A stretch of 64,000 nucleotides of DNA from NCBI GenBank assembly GCA_013178165.1, contig JABLXG010000022.1, forward strand, positions 13,923 through 77,922, given 5' to 3'. How positions within the stretch are numbered: the first letter of the stretch is position 1; each line of letters begins with the position of its first letter. The notes under the pieces are model-generated. The model did no database searches. It was not told the origin of the DNA and saw only the letters and a list, made by a program, of their open reading frames with translations. The position numbers and the translations under genes are program-made. This DNA comes from Anaerolineae bacterium. GTDB lineage: Bacteria > Chloroflexota > Anaerolineae > Aggregatilineales > Ch27. Shown piece after piece: positions 51,488-60,497 of this stretch.

Positions 51488-52461
51488 GCTGGTTGCTCCT
51501 TCAGCACGCTGTAGAGCATGGCTTTCCAGCGGGGAATATCGATCGCCCAGCAGACCGTGACATTGGGTGGCCGATCGACTAACGTTCCCCAGATTGGGCG
51601 GTTGCGCTCATCGGTCGCGACGCCCAGCCTGTCGACGATGGTCATACCCCGCGTCAGCGGGCTGCTTGTTTCCACCTCGACATAGTGACAGCTGCTGCGG
51701 GTGCAGATGGTCGGGTCCAGGGCAATGGCCATGGCCACCGGATCAGGCAGGGCCAGGCCGGGGTCGCCCAGCCATTCACGATTGGCCCGGATGCCGGCGC
51801 GGTTGCAATCCAAGGTGAAGTGGGCCAGAGGTGTGTTGAGGGCGCGAATCTCAGCCATTTCTGCTTCGGTGATGTTGGCGGGGCCGGTGGAAAGCTCGCA
51901 GCCGACCATCTCAATGGGCAATCCGCTGTGGAAGACGCGCCGCGCTGCTTCCGGATCGGCCCAGATATTGTATTCAGCGGCAGGCGTCACGTTGCCGACG
52001 GTATTGGCTGCGCCGCCCATCACGACGCAGCGCCCAACCATCCGGGCAATCTCTGGCGCACGGGCCAGGGCCAGCGCAATATTGGTCAGCGGACCAAGCG
52101 TGACCAGGGTGAGACCGGGATAAGCTTTGATCGTTTCAATCAGAGTGTCTATGGCATGTTCCGGGCGGGGGGAGGCCTTTGGCGGCGGGTAATGCTGGTC
52201 GCCCATGCCGTCCTGACCGTGGAAGAATTGAGCGTGGACCGGCTCGCGCATCAGCGGGCGGTCAGCGCCGCGGTAGACAGACACATCTACCCCGCACAAC
52301 TCAACTGTGTAGAGGGCGTTAGTCACGCCCTGATCAACCGGCACATTGCCGGAGACCACCGTGATCGCCCTGACCGCTACGTCTGGCCAACGCAGGGCCA
52401 TGAGCAGCGCAACGGCATCATCTGAGGCGGTATCCGTATCGATCAGGAAGTCTCGCGGCAT
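51484..52461 (-). CDS. Nucleoside hydrolase (IUNH family)
   Basis: IDTDTASDDAVAL, HGQDGMGD, LGPLTNIA, AEYNIWADPEAA, LPDP. Confidence 0.93.
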   Translation of the reverse strand: MPRDFLIDTDTASDDAVALLMALRWPDVAVRAITVVSGNVPVDQGVTNALYTVELCGVDVSVYRGADRPLMREPVHAQFFHGQDGMGDQHYPPPKASPRPEHAIDTLIETIKAYPGLTLVTLGPLTNIALALARAPEIARMVGRCVVMGGAANTVGNVTPAAEYNIWADPEAARRVFHSGLPIEMVGCELSTGPANITEAEMAEIRALNTPLAHFTLDCNRAGIRANREWLGDPGLALPDPVAMAIALDPTICTRSSCHYVEVETSSPLTRGMTIVDRLGVATDERNRPIWGTLVDRPPNVTVCWAIDIPRWKAMLYSVLKEQPA

Positions 52462-52466
52462 GCGGG

Positions 52467-53393
52467 TTATCTCCTGGAGAATCTGAGTTCAGCCAGAGCG
52501 ACGGCGACCTGCGCGGCAACAGCGGCATTGTTGATCAGCAGCGCGGTGTTAGCATCACGGGAACGGCCGCCGGTCAGCTCGAGGACCTTACCCAGGACAA
52601 AAGGCGTGATCGCTTTACCGGTTATCCCCTGTTCATCGGCAATACGCGTGGCTTCGGCAATGGCCTGCTCCGCTTCTCCGGCGGGGAGTTCATGCTCAGC
52701 CGGGACAGGGACGGTGATCAGGATGCCCTGAGGCAGGCCAAGCATCGCTCGCGCGTCGATGATAGCAGCGGCTTCAGCGGGCGACTCAATCCGGAGGTCG
52801 ACTGGCAGGCCGCTGGAGCGCGAGTAGAAGGCGGGCAACTCGTCCGTGCCGTAACCGATGACCGGGACACCCTGCGTTTCCAAGACCTCAAGCGTGAGCG
52901 GCAGATCAAGAATCGATTTGGCGCCGGAACAGATGACTGTGACCGGTGTCCGGCCCAGTTCGATCAGATCGGCGGAGATATCCTGTGGATGGCCGCGATG
53001 CACGCCGCCGATCCCGCCGGTGGCAAAAACATCGATCCTGGCCATGTGGGCGACGATCATGGTTCCGGCGACGGTTGTCGCGCCATGTCCCTTGAGGCCG
53101 ACGACCAGGGGCAGGTCACGGCGGCTACACTTACGCACCTGCTCCGGACCAAGTTCGATTAGCCGCTCAATGTCCCCCAGCTCCAGACCGACGCGAATCC
53201 GACCATCCAGTATGGCAACCGTGGCTGGTGTAGCGCCACGATCGCGGATGGCCTTCTCCATCGCCAGGGCTGTCTGCAAATTGGTCGGGTAGGGTAGACC
53301 ATGGGTGATCAGGGTGGATTCCAGAGCTACAACAGGACGATGCTCCGCCAGGGCTGCGCGGACGTCAGGGTGCAGGTCAAGTGGGACGATCAT
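52467..53393 (-). CDS. psuG: Pseudouridine-5'-phosphate glycosidase
   Basis: VVALESTLITHGLPYP, KCSRRDL, GATTVAGTM, FATGGIGGVHRG, DISADL, SGAKSILD, KAITPFVL. Confidence 0.96.
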   Translation of the reverse strand: MIVPLDLHPDVRAALAEHRPVVALESTLITHGLPYPTNLQTALAMEKAIRDRGATPATVAILDGRIRVGLELGDIERLIELGPEQVRKCSRRDLPLVVGLKGHGATTVAGTMIVAHMARIDVFATGGIGGVHRGHPQDISADLIELGRTPVTVICSGAKSILDLPLTLEVLETQGVPVIGYGTDELPAFYSRSSGLPVDLRIESPAEAAAIIDARAMLGLPQGILITVPVPAEHELPAGEAEQAIAEATRIADEQGITGKAITPFVLGKVLELTGGRSRDANTALLINNAAVAAQVAVALAELRFSRR

Positions 53394-53462
53394 CAGGGTT
53401 TATTCTCTTCCAGGGCAAGCGGTGCGCTGTTCAGTTCCGATCCTTAGTCTATAATAGCAGGA

Positions 53463-54659
53463 ATGCGGGTTGAAGCCATCTTCGCATCTGTTCGCCCGGA
53501 CAGGGAGGGGGGCATGATGGTGCTAGAGCAGTTATGGCGCGCTGTGCCCGGCCTGGAAAGTGCGATACGCCAGCAACCATTGGCGGCGGATCGCGAGGCC
53601 GCCTGGGTCATGCTACGGAGCCTGCTGCAGGCGTTTGCCCCTTCTACCGGCACAACGCTTCCGAACGGCATTCTGGATCAGGTTAGCGACATTGCTGCTG
53701 CCTTTGGGCTGGCGGATCGGCTGGAGGCGGACCTGGGTGGTGTGGGTAATGCCGGTTTATGGCTGGGTGTGGCCGGAGGGCGGGTCGACCTGCTGGTGGT
53801 TGCCCATCTTGATCGGCAGACTTTCCGGATTGAGCGGGTAGAGGAAGATGGTCAATCGGCCAGGCTGGTGCCCGTGTGCACGACAATGCCATGTGCTGAA
53901 GCTGTTTCTGCCCCGGGGCGAGCTTTGCGCTTGCAGGATGGGCGGCTGGAGGTAGGCGCCCGTGGTCATCTGCGGGCTGACAGGCAGGGGGTGTCTTTTC
54001 AGGCTGAGGAGGGCCTGCTATTGCCATCCGATCTGGTCACGCCTGATGGCAATCCGCGCCGCCAGGGTGACCGGGTTAGCGGAGGAGGCCTGGATAACGC
54101 TGCCGGTGTACTGAGTGTACTTGGTGCTGCTGCCGCATTGCGCCGCGTTGAGGAGACTCTGCTGGAGTACGACCGCCGCTGCCTGTTTGTATTCCCCGAT
54201 CGGCAGGATTACTCGCTGACGGCGCTCATGGCCATGTGTCCTGCGCTGCGACCGACACTGGGCACGATCATTGTCGATGTGGTGGGGACAGTGGGTACCG
54301 GTGTACGGCCTGGCGCCGGCGCAGTCTGTGTCCTGGCTGGAAGCCAGGCGGACGGTCTAGTCGTACCCCTGAATTATCAACAACTGGCTCAGCCGCTGGC
54401 GGAGGCTTTGAACGATATCAGACCGGGTTCCGTCCAGTTGTGGCGTGCTTGCCCGGAAGAATGGCTGGGCGCAGTTTCTCGCTCTCTCCGCGAACGGGTT
54501 CTGGGTTATATCGGCCCGGCGATCAGCAAGACGCGCCCTGGTGACGAGACTGTGCATCTGCCGGACATTCAGGCTGTGGCATGGTGGCTAGCGTGTTATA
54601 TCGCTGCTGTTCTCAACCTGGCTCCAGAGGTTACGAGACAGTATGCGCTTGGCCGGTAG
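53463..54659 (+). CDS. M42/M20-like peptidase homolog with a degenerate active site
   Basis: VVAHLD and GLDNAAG are present. The EE motif is replaced (FPDRQD) and the C-terminal His is not evident. The start may be ATG 53514. Confidence 0.65.
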   Translation: MRVEAIFASVRPDREGGMMVLEQLWRAVPGLESAIRQQPLAADREAAWVMLRSLLQAFAPSTGTTLPNGILDQVSDIAAAFGLADRLEADLGGVGNAGLWLGVAGGRVDLLVVAHLDRQTFRIERVEEDGQSARLVPVCTTMPCAEAVSAPGRALRLQDGRLEVGARGHLRADRQGVSFQAEEGLLLPSDLVTPDGNPRRQGDRVSGGGLDNAAGVLSVLGAAAALRRVEETLLEYDRRCLFVFPDRQDYSLTALMAMCPALRPTLGTIIVDVVGTVGTGVRPGAGAVCVLAGSQADGLVVPLNYQQLAQPLAEALNDIRPGSVQLWRACPEEWLGAVSRSLRERVLGYIGPAISKTRPGDETVHLPDIQAVAWWLACYIAAVLNLAPEVTRQYALGR

Positions 54660-54738
54660 AATCAGCTTCATTCTAACCGTTGTGATGTCCGCTATCTGGA
54701 GGGGCGCGCGTCTCGCGCCACTATAGCTGAGGATTCGA

Positions 54739-55395
54739 ATGCTTCAACAGCCGACGCAATATCGGGTGCGTATTACTTTTGGCAAGAACGATGCCCTGCG
54801 CTTTATCGGGCATCTGGACCTGGCCAAGCTCTGGGAACGGGTGCTGCGGCGGGCAGAGATGCCGCTAGTGTATTCGCAGGGCTACAACCCGCAGCCCAAG
54901 ATACAGCTTGCTTCGGCCCTGCCACTTGGTATCAGTAGCGACTGTGAGTTGCTCGATATCTGGCTACTGGAACCAGTCGACCTGGGGACCTTGCCTGAGC
55001 GGCTGAATGCTGTCAGCCCGCCAGGTCTGCGCACCTACCACGTCCGGGAGGTGCCACCCAAAGCGCCGGCGCTACAAACGCTGTTACACAGCGCGGATTA
55101 CCTCATCACGCTTGCGGAGGAAGTGACTCCTGAGCTGCCACAGCGTATCGCCGATCTGCTGAGCCGCGAACGGATCGAGCGTAAGCGGCGGGGCAAGAGC
55201 TACGATCTACGCCCGCTGATCCTGGCGCTGGCGCCGGTGGACGCCCGATCATTTCGGGTGCGGCTTGCCCTTGGCGCGGAAGGGACGGCCCGACCGGACG
55301 AACTGATGGATGCTATGGGGCTGTCCTTCGACCACGCCCGTTGTCACCGTGAAGCACTCAACCTGGTCAGTGCAGATGAGCAAGAAGCTGGCTGA
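54739..55395 (+). CDS. Radical SAM-linked protein (TIGR03936 / DUF2344)
   Basis: RITFGK..LRFIGHLDL..LWERVLRRA, YSQGYNPQPKI.LASALPLG, YDLRPLI, ARPDEL. Confidence 0.88.
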   Translation: MLQQPTQYRVRITFGKNDALRFIGHLDLAKLWERVLRRAEMPLVYSQGYNPQPKIQLASALPLGISSDCELLDIWLLEPVDLGTLPERLNAVSPPGLRTYHVREVPPKAPALQTLLHSADYLITLAEEVTPELPQRIADLLSRERIERKRRGKSYDLRPLILALAPVDARSFRVRLALGAEGTARPDELMDAMGLSFDHARCHREALNLVSADEQEAG

Positions 55396-55505
55396 CACCG
55401 ACGCCGCGTCAGCCAGACCAGTCTTCGAGTCGTCAGATCGAACTACTCGAGGTTGGAGGCATTGGCGAGGGGGCGTGCTGCTCTGTTCCCGCCTTGAGGG
55501 CTGTA

Positions 55506-55790
55506 CTATTTCCTGTTTTGCCGGTTGCGCGTAATCTCACGATCCAGAAAACGGATGACCAAACCCAGCACAATGCCGCCGCCGATCAGCGAAACGGCGG
55601 CTACAGCGGCAAAGATGAGGAAGTAAAGCGCCTGCGTCGGTGTTGCTTCCAGGGTGGACGCTTCCGGATTGAGCGTTTGCACGCGAACAGGCAGCGGGCC
55701 ACCCGGTCCGCTCAGGATGATCTGGAGGGTGATGAATCCGCCCACCATAAGTACTATCAGCGCAGCAACAGCAACTGTTGAACGGCTCAC
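55506..55790 (-). CDS. Small hypothetical membrane protein (2 TM)
   Basis: 94-aa ORF with two clear hydrophobic helices. Confidence 0.65.
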   Translation of the reverse strand: MSRSTVAVAALIVLMVGGFITLQIILSGPGGPLPVRVQTLNPEASTLEATPTQALYFLIFAAVAAVSLIGGGIVLGLVIRFLDREITRNRQNRK

Positions 55791-55869
55791 AAAAGGCCTC
55801 CTATCCGGGCAAAGTCAATCAGTATCGCTCAGTCAATTCAAGACATGTATTGTACATTATTGCGCAAAT

Positions 55870-56424
55870 TCAGCCTATGCTGCTGTTGCGTCGCACACCG
55901 CCAGATTCTGGCTTTGGGCTGCGACTCGACGAGTGGCTGTTCGGTACATCACGGGGTGCTTCCCGCTCGGTGGAAGAGTCTTCTGCATGATCAGCCTGGC
56001 TGTCTTCCCCGGTCTGGGCGGCATCCTGAACGACATCCGCCGCTTCGCCGGCAGATTCCAGAATGTCCGAGTCCAGATCAGCAGTCAGCGGTTCAGCCGG
56101 GCGATTCGGGGCAACGCTGCCTGGTGGTGGGGAGAGTGTCCGAGACAGGTGTCTGGATGCTGGTGGACCGGCTTTCGTGGTTCCCGGCTGCCATTGCGGG
56201 GTTTCTTCTTCCGCGGCGGTGGTATCTTCGCCTGTTTCCTGCGCATTATCAACGACCATGTCAGCGGCTTCGGCAGCCGTTTCGTGGCTATCGTGGTCGG
56301 AGCCGTGGTCGCTGGCACTGGCCGGTTGCCGGGAGGCGCCAGCAGCACTAAGGTTCTGTGGTGGCTCCTCGCTGAACGGCATACCGTCTTTCTCGTGGCT
56401 TTCCATGCTGTCTGCCATGGTCAT
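55870..56424 (-). CDS. Acidic low-complexity hypothetical protein with an internal repeat
   Basis: ORF from ATG 56424, rich in E/D/A/S/P, with two copies of EAADxVxDxAQxTGED. Confidence 0.4.
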   Translation of the reverse strand: MTMADSMESHEKDGMPFSEEPPQNLSAAGASRQPASASDHGSDHDSHETAAEAADMVVDNAQETGEDTTAAEEETPQWQPGTTKAGPPASRHLSRTLSPPPGSVAPNRPAEPLTADLDSDILESAGEAADVVQDAAQTGEDSQADHAEDSSTEREAPRDVPNSHSSSRSPKPESGGVRRNSSIG

Positions 56425-56566
56425 CAGTTTCGTTGTGGTGGTCAGGTTGCGAACATGCCGCCGGCCATTACTGGTGCGCACCCGTCGGCACTGCGCCAAT
56501 TGTAGCATGGTTCCTGTCTGAAACAGTCTTCCGGTTCAGATCGGTTGTGCCTGCGGCTGTCGATGA

Positions 56567-57424
56567 TCAGCTTGCCGGGTTGGGCAGCAATAGTGGAGGT
56601 AGTTCGACGAGCGCCCTGGCCACCCGCGTGCCATACCAGGCGAGCAGTGTACCGTCGATCAGATGGATGTGCCCTGAACGCGCCGCAGGGATATCCAGCT
56701 GAGCCAGTTCGGCAACGTGTCGATCAGTGAACGGCCAGGGTTTCCCCGGCAAGAGAATGACTTCCGGCTGGGATTGCAGGGCTGCCTCGGCCAGGAGCCG
56801 GATGTCAGCAGAGTCAGGAGGGTAGTTGGCAGAGGTCGAAGGCGCAAGTGGCTGTTGCCAGGGACTGATGCACTCACCTCCACATACGCGCAACAGATCA
56901 TGACCATAGGTGCCGGGGAGACATGCCAGGCGCGGCGTCGTTACCACTGGCACCAGAACCCGCACCGGCTGCCGGACGCTGGCTGCACTCCACGTCCAGT
57001 CCATCTGGCGCTCGATCCAGCGCACACGCTCGACCATGGTGGCTTCTTCGAAGATATCCATGATCTCCCAGAGCAGGTTGATGGCCTGTTGGACGGTGCG
57101 CGGATGGCATACCCAGCCGTGGAGGCCGGTAGCTTCAAGACTCTCGATGTGCTCCGGCGGAGTCAGGTCCTGATCGAGCAGCACCAGGTCGGGCTGCAGG
57201 GCGCGGATTCGCTCGATGTGGGGGGTACTGGCGCTGCCCAGACGAGACAGGCGGGATAGCGCCGGATCAAGGTGAAGACAGTCATCGGTGACGCCAACCA
57301 GCCGGTCGACCAGCGCCAGATCACGAATCGACTCGGTTAGGGCAGGGGCCAGCGAGACAACCCGGCGCGGCGGTTGGGCAGGTGCAGGGCCAAATCGATA
57401 CCCGGTTTCATCAGAGAGCGCCAT
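56567..57424 (-). CDS. Helical-backbone metal receptor (BtuF/FepB-like binding protein)
   Basis: RRVVSLAPALTE, LVGVTDDC, ERIRALQPDLVL, IHLIDGTLLAWYGTR. Confidence 0.8.
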   Translation of the reverse strand: MALSDETGYRFGPAPAQPPRRVVSLAPALTESIRDLALVDRLVGVTDDCLHLDPALSRLSRLGSASTPHIERIRALQPDLVLLDQDLTPPEHIESLEATGLHGWVCHPRTVQQAINLLWEIMDIFEEATMVERVRWIERQMDWTWSAASVRQPVRVLVPVVTTPRLACLPGTYGHDLLRVCGGECISPWQQPLAPSTSANYPPDSADIRLLAEAALQSQPEVILLPGKPWPFTDRHVAELAQLDIPAARSGHIHLIDGTLLAWYGTRVARALVELPPLLLPNPAS

Positions 57425-57430
57425 CGGTCG

Positions 57431-58108
57431 TTACTCCCGGATGCTGTAAGCCTGTCCCAGTGAGATGATGATCTGCTCTGTGCCCCATAGCTCCACCTGG
57501 CCATCCGGGCCAAAAGTCAGCGCTGAGCCGGGGCGGATATTGAGGCCGTAGGTCACCGGGCGCTTGTGCAGGAGGTCCTGCAGCGTCCGTTTCTGCGCGA
57601 GCTCCGGTACGCCGGTCAGGATGGCGGCATTGGCCAGCCAGGTGAAGCCAGAATAGGGGGCCAACGGCGATGGCCTGAGGATCCACTGCCCGAACAGTTC
57701 TGCGCCAAAGCCGATGCCCATGATCAGGGCACCATTCTCGTAGGCGCGCAGGATGCCTTCCAGCGCGGCTCCCTGTAAGCCGTTGTAGAGCCGGGCGTGC
57801 TGAGGGCCATCGCCGATCACGATGATGCCCGCTTCTCCCAGGTGTGCTTTGAGCGAAGCATCATCCTCGGCGATAATATCGATCGCGTAGCCACTGCGGC
57901 TTCCCAGGTCGCCCAGGTACATCAGGAACTGCTCAGCGGTTTCAGGTTCATCCGCTGCACCGATATAGACCAGAGCGCCGTCAGCCGCAGACCGGCTGAG
58001 CATCCGCGTGTCGATGGCCTCGGTCTCGCCATCCATAAAGCGACCGCCGCTGCTTAGAACAAGCCACCCTGCACCCTGCCGCCACTCAAAAATGCTGCTC
58101 TGTATCAT
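57431..58108 (-). CDS. Class I GATase-like / peptidase S51 (cyanophycinase-like) homolog lacking the nucleophile
   Basis: S51-like fold pattern (VYIGAA, GIIVIGDG, YENGALIMG) with GIGFGA in place of GxSAGA. Confidence 0.65.
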   Translation of the reverse strand: MIQSSIFEWRQGAGWLVLSSGGRFMDGETEAIDTRMLSRSAADGALVYIGAADEPETAEQFLMYLGDLGSRSGYAIDIIAEDDASLKAHLGEAGIIVIGDGPQHARLYNGLQGAALEGILRAYENGALIMGIGFGAELFGQWILRPSPLAPYSGFTWLANAAILTGVPELAQKRTLQDLLHKRPVTYGLNIRPGSALTFGPDGQVELWGTEQIIISLGQAYSIRE

Positions 58109-58175
58109 GTTTGCTGGTTATCACCTCTCTTGTGTTCCGGTTGTGATCGGTTCCGTTGCGCAACACACAGGCCGC

Positions 58176-59357
58176 TCAGCCCGGCAGGACATAGGCAGCA
58201 GCCGCCGAAGCCAGCATAGCCGCCGCCAGCGGCAGCGCTGCCTCGTCGAAATCAAAACGGGGGTGGTGATGAGGGTAGGCCAGGTTATGCTGGCTGTTTG
58301 CTGAGCCGACGAAGAAGAAGCAGCCCGGAATCCGGTTCAGGAAGATGGCCATGTCCTCAGCACCCATTGTGCGAATATCGGGCAGCAGGTTCTCTGGGTC
58401 GGTGTATGGCGCGATGGCCTGCTGCACGACCTGCGTAACTTCCAGATGGTTCACCAGCGGCGGGGTCAGTGACGTCACAGTGACCTCAGCGACGCAGCCC
58501 ATCGCCTGGGCAATGCCTTCGGTGACCTGCTTCAAGCGGCGGATGGTCAGGTCGTGTACCGCGTCCGTATAGGTGCGAATGGTCCCTTTGAGGGACACTT
58601 CGGATGGGATGATGTTGGAGGCTGTGCCGGCGGTGAAACTGGTGACTGACAGAACTGCCGAATCCAGCGGGTTGACGTTACGGCTGATCACCGATTGCAG
58701 CGCCGTGACGATATGCGCCCCGGCCAGCAGAGGGTCGCGGGTCTCATGCGGAGACGCTCCATGGCCACCCGCGCCGCGAATGATCAGATCAAAGATATCA
58801 GCCCCGGCCATCACCGGGCCGGGCATGATCCCTACCTGGCCAACCGGGAGCGTATTCCACAGGTGCAACCCCAGCGCGATCTCCGGCTCCGGGTTCTGCA
58901 GGACACCGTCCTGGATCATGGCCTGCGCGCCTTCAGCGATCTCCTCAGCCGGCTGAAAAACGAACTTCACCCGGCCATGAATCCGGTTGCGCTGATCGCT
59001 GAGCAGGTGTGCAACGGCGAGGCCAATGGCCGTGTGCCCATCATGGCCGCAGGCATGCATTACCCCCGGATTGACCGAGGCGTAAGGCACCTGGTTTTCC
59101 TCACGGATGGGCAGAGCGTCCATATCGAAGCGGAGCAGGACAGTCGGACCATCAGATGCACCATCGAGCAATGCAACGACGCCAGTTTTCCCGACACCTG
59201 TCTGGACCTCAAGGCCAAGCTGGTGGAGCTGGTTAGCAACCATACTGGCGGTTCGTGTCTCCATAAACGCCAGTTCGGGATGACGATGTAGCTCACGGCG
59301 CCAGTCGATGAGCTGGGGCGCCAGTCGTTGTGCACCCTGCAGAAAATCAACGGTCAT
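58176..59357 (-). CDS. M20D amidohydrolase
   Basis: RRELHRHPELAF, LRFDMDALP, MHACGHDGH, FQPAEE, GHGASPH, MGAEDM, HHHPRFDFDE. Confidence 0.95.
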   Translation of the reverse strand: MTVDFLQGAQRLAPQLIDWRRELHRHPELAFMETRTASMVANQLHQLGLEVQTGVGKTGVVALLDGASDGPTVLLRFDMDALPIREENQVPYASVNPGVMHACGHDGHTAIGLAVAHLLSDQRNRIHGRVKFVFQPAEEIAEGAQAMIQDGVLQNPEPEIALGLHLWNTLPVGQVGIMPGPVMAGADIFDLIIRGAGGHGASPHETRDPLLAGAHIVTALQSVISRNVNPLDSAVLSVTSFTAGTASNIIPSEVSLKGTIRTYTDAVHDLTIRRLKQVTEGIAQAMGCVAEVTVTSLTPPLVNHLEVTQVVQQAIAPYTDPENLLPDIRTMGAEDMAIFLNRIPGCFFFVGSANSQHNLAYPHHHPRFDFDEAALPLAAAMLASAAAAYVLPG

Positions 59358-59410
59358 AGCGCTATCCTTGCAGCAGTAGGTTTAGCGGGCCAACGGCATT
59401 ACCTCAGTTA

Positions 59411-60340
59411 TTAGCGTCTTGCCCCGCAGTCACAACCGCCGCCCTCATGCTTGCTGCAACCCTGTTCAGCCTTCTTTTGGAGCGCTTCCCATTCTTCCAG
59501 GGGGATGATCTCCTCGCGCTTGAAGGTGTAGCGCTCATTCTCGATGCTGACGGTTACTGTATCCTGCAGCGGCTGGACATCCAGGACTTTGCCTTCACCG
59601 GCGGGGGTGCCCACGCGCTTGTTGCGCTTGGGGAGGTGCTTACGCGCCTCCACATATTGCTCATACTCGTAGATCAGGCAGCAGCGCAACCGCCCGCACA
59701 TGCCCGTGATCTCGGTGGGGTTGAGCGAGATGCCCTGGGCCTTGGCCATCTTGATTGAGATCGGGCTGAAATCGGTCAGGAAAGTGCTGCAGCAACGTGG
59801 CTGCCCACAGGCTCCGTAGCCGCCGAGCAACTTGGCAACGTCGCGCGGGCCGACCTGGTGAAGGTCGAGCTTGGTGCCAGGAAACAGGCGGCTCAACTCG
59901 TTGCGCAGACGGTTCATGTTGGGCGATTTGTTTTCGGATTCAGTGTTGTAGTAGAGAAAGGTCAACATGCTGCCGTCATAGTTGTATTGTGCCGCAACGA
60001 ATTTCACGTCGTTGTATTCGCTGAACTTGCTGGCTGCTTCACGGCAGGTGATCAGGGCGCCAACTTCGCGCTCCTGCCAGGCCCGCTGGAGAGCCAGGTC
60101 GCGGGGAGTGGCTTTGCGCAGGATGGGTTTGTATTCGCGGTTTTCCTCTTCTTCGGCAAAACCAATGACCTGTCCCATCTGCCGCCCGCGCGTGGTTTCG
60201 ACAATGGCATAATCACCCGGCTCAACCTCCGGGTGGTCGGTGCAGTCAAAGTGGTAGAGCTTGCCGATCTTGGTGAAGCGAACCCCGATGATACGTAGAG
60301 GTCTGGTTGTTGTCGTCGATGTCATGCTGTTCTCACCCAA
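59411..60340 (-). CDS. PSP1-domain protein (RicT/YaaT family)
   Basis: IIGVRF..IGKLYHFD, QVGPRDVAK..GGYGACGQPRCC, KMAKAQGISLNPTEITGMCGRLRCCLIYE. The start may be ATG 60325. Confidence 0.9.
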   Translation of the reverse strand: MGENSMTSTTTTRPLRIIGVRFTKIGKLYHFDCTDHPEVEPGDYAIVETTRGRQMGQVIGFAEEEENREYKPILRKATPRDLALQRAWQEREVGALITCREAASKFSEYNDVKFVAAQYNYDGSMLTFLYYNTESENKSPNMNRLRNELSRLFPGTKLDLHQVGPRDVAKLLGGYGACGQPRCCSTFLTDFSPISIKMAKAQGISLNPTEITGMCGRLRCCLIYEYEQYVEARKHLPKRNKRVGTPAGEGKVLDVQPLQDTVTVSIENERYTFKREEIIPLEEWEALQKKAEQGCSKHEGGGCDCGARR

Positions 60341-60497
60341 GATAGAAGGCCTGCTTTCGTGTCACAGTACTCTCTGCGCTGTTGATCCTATAGGCATTGC
60401 AGCCTGATCGCAACCTGTTGGACCGTGTGCTACAATTCCGGCTCAATTCCGGACGCTTTTGGTCTGGCGCAATACGCAAACAGGATGTGGTGCGGCC

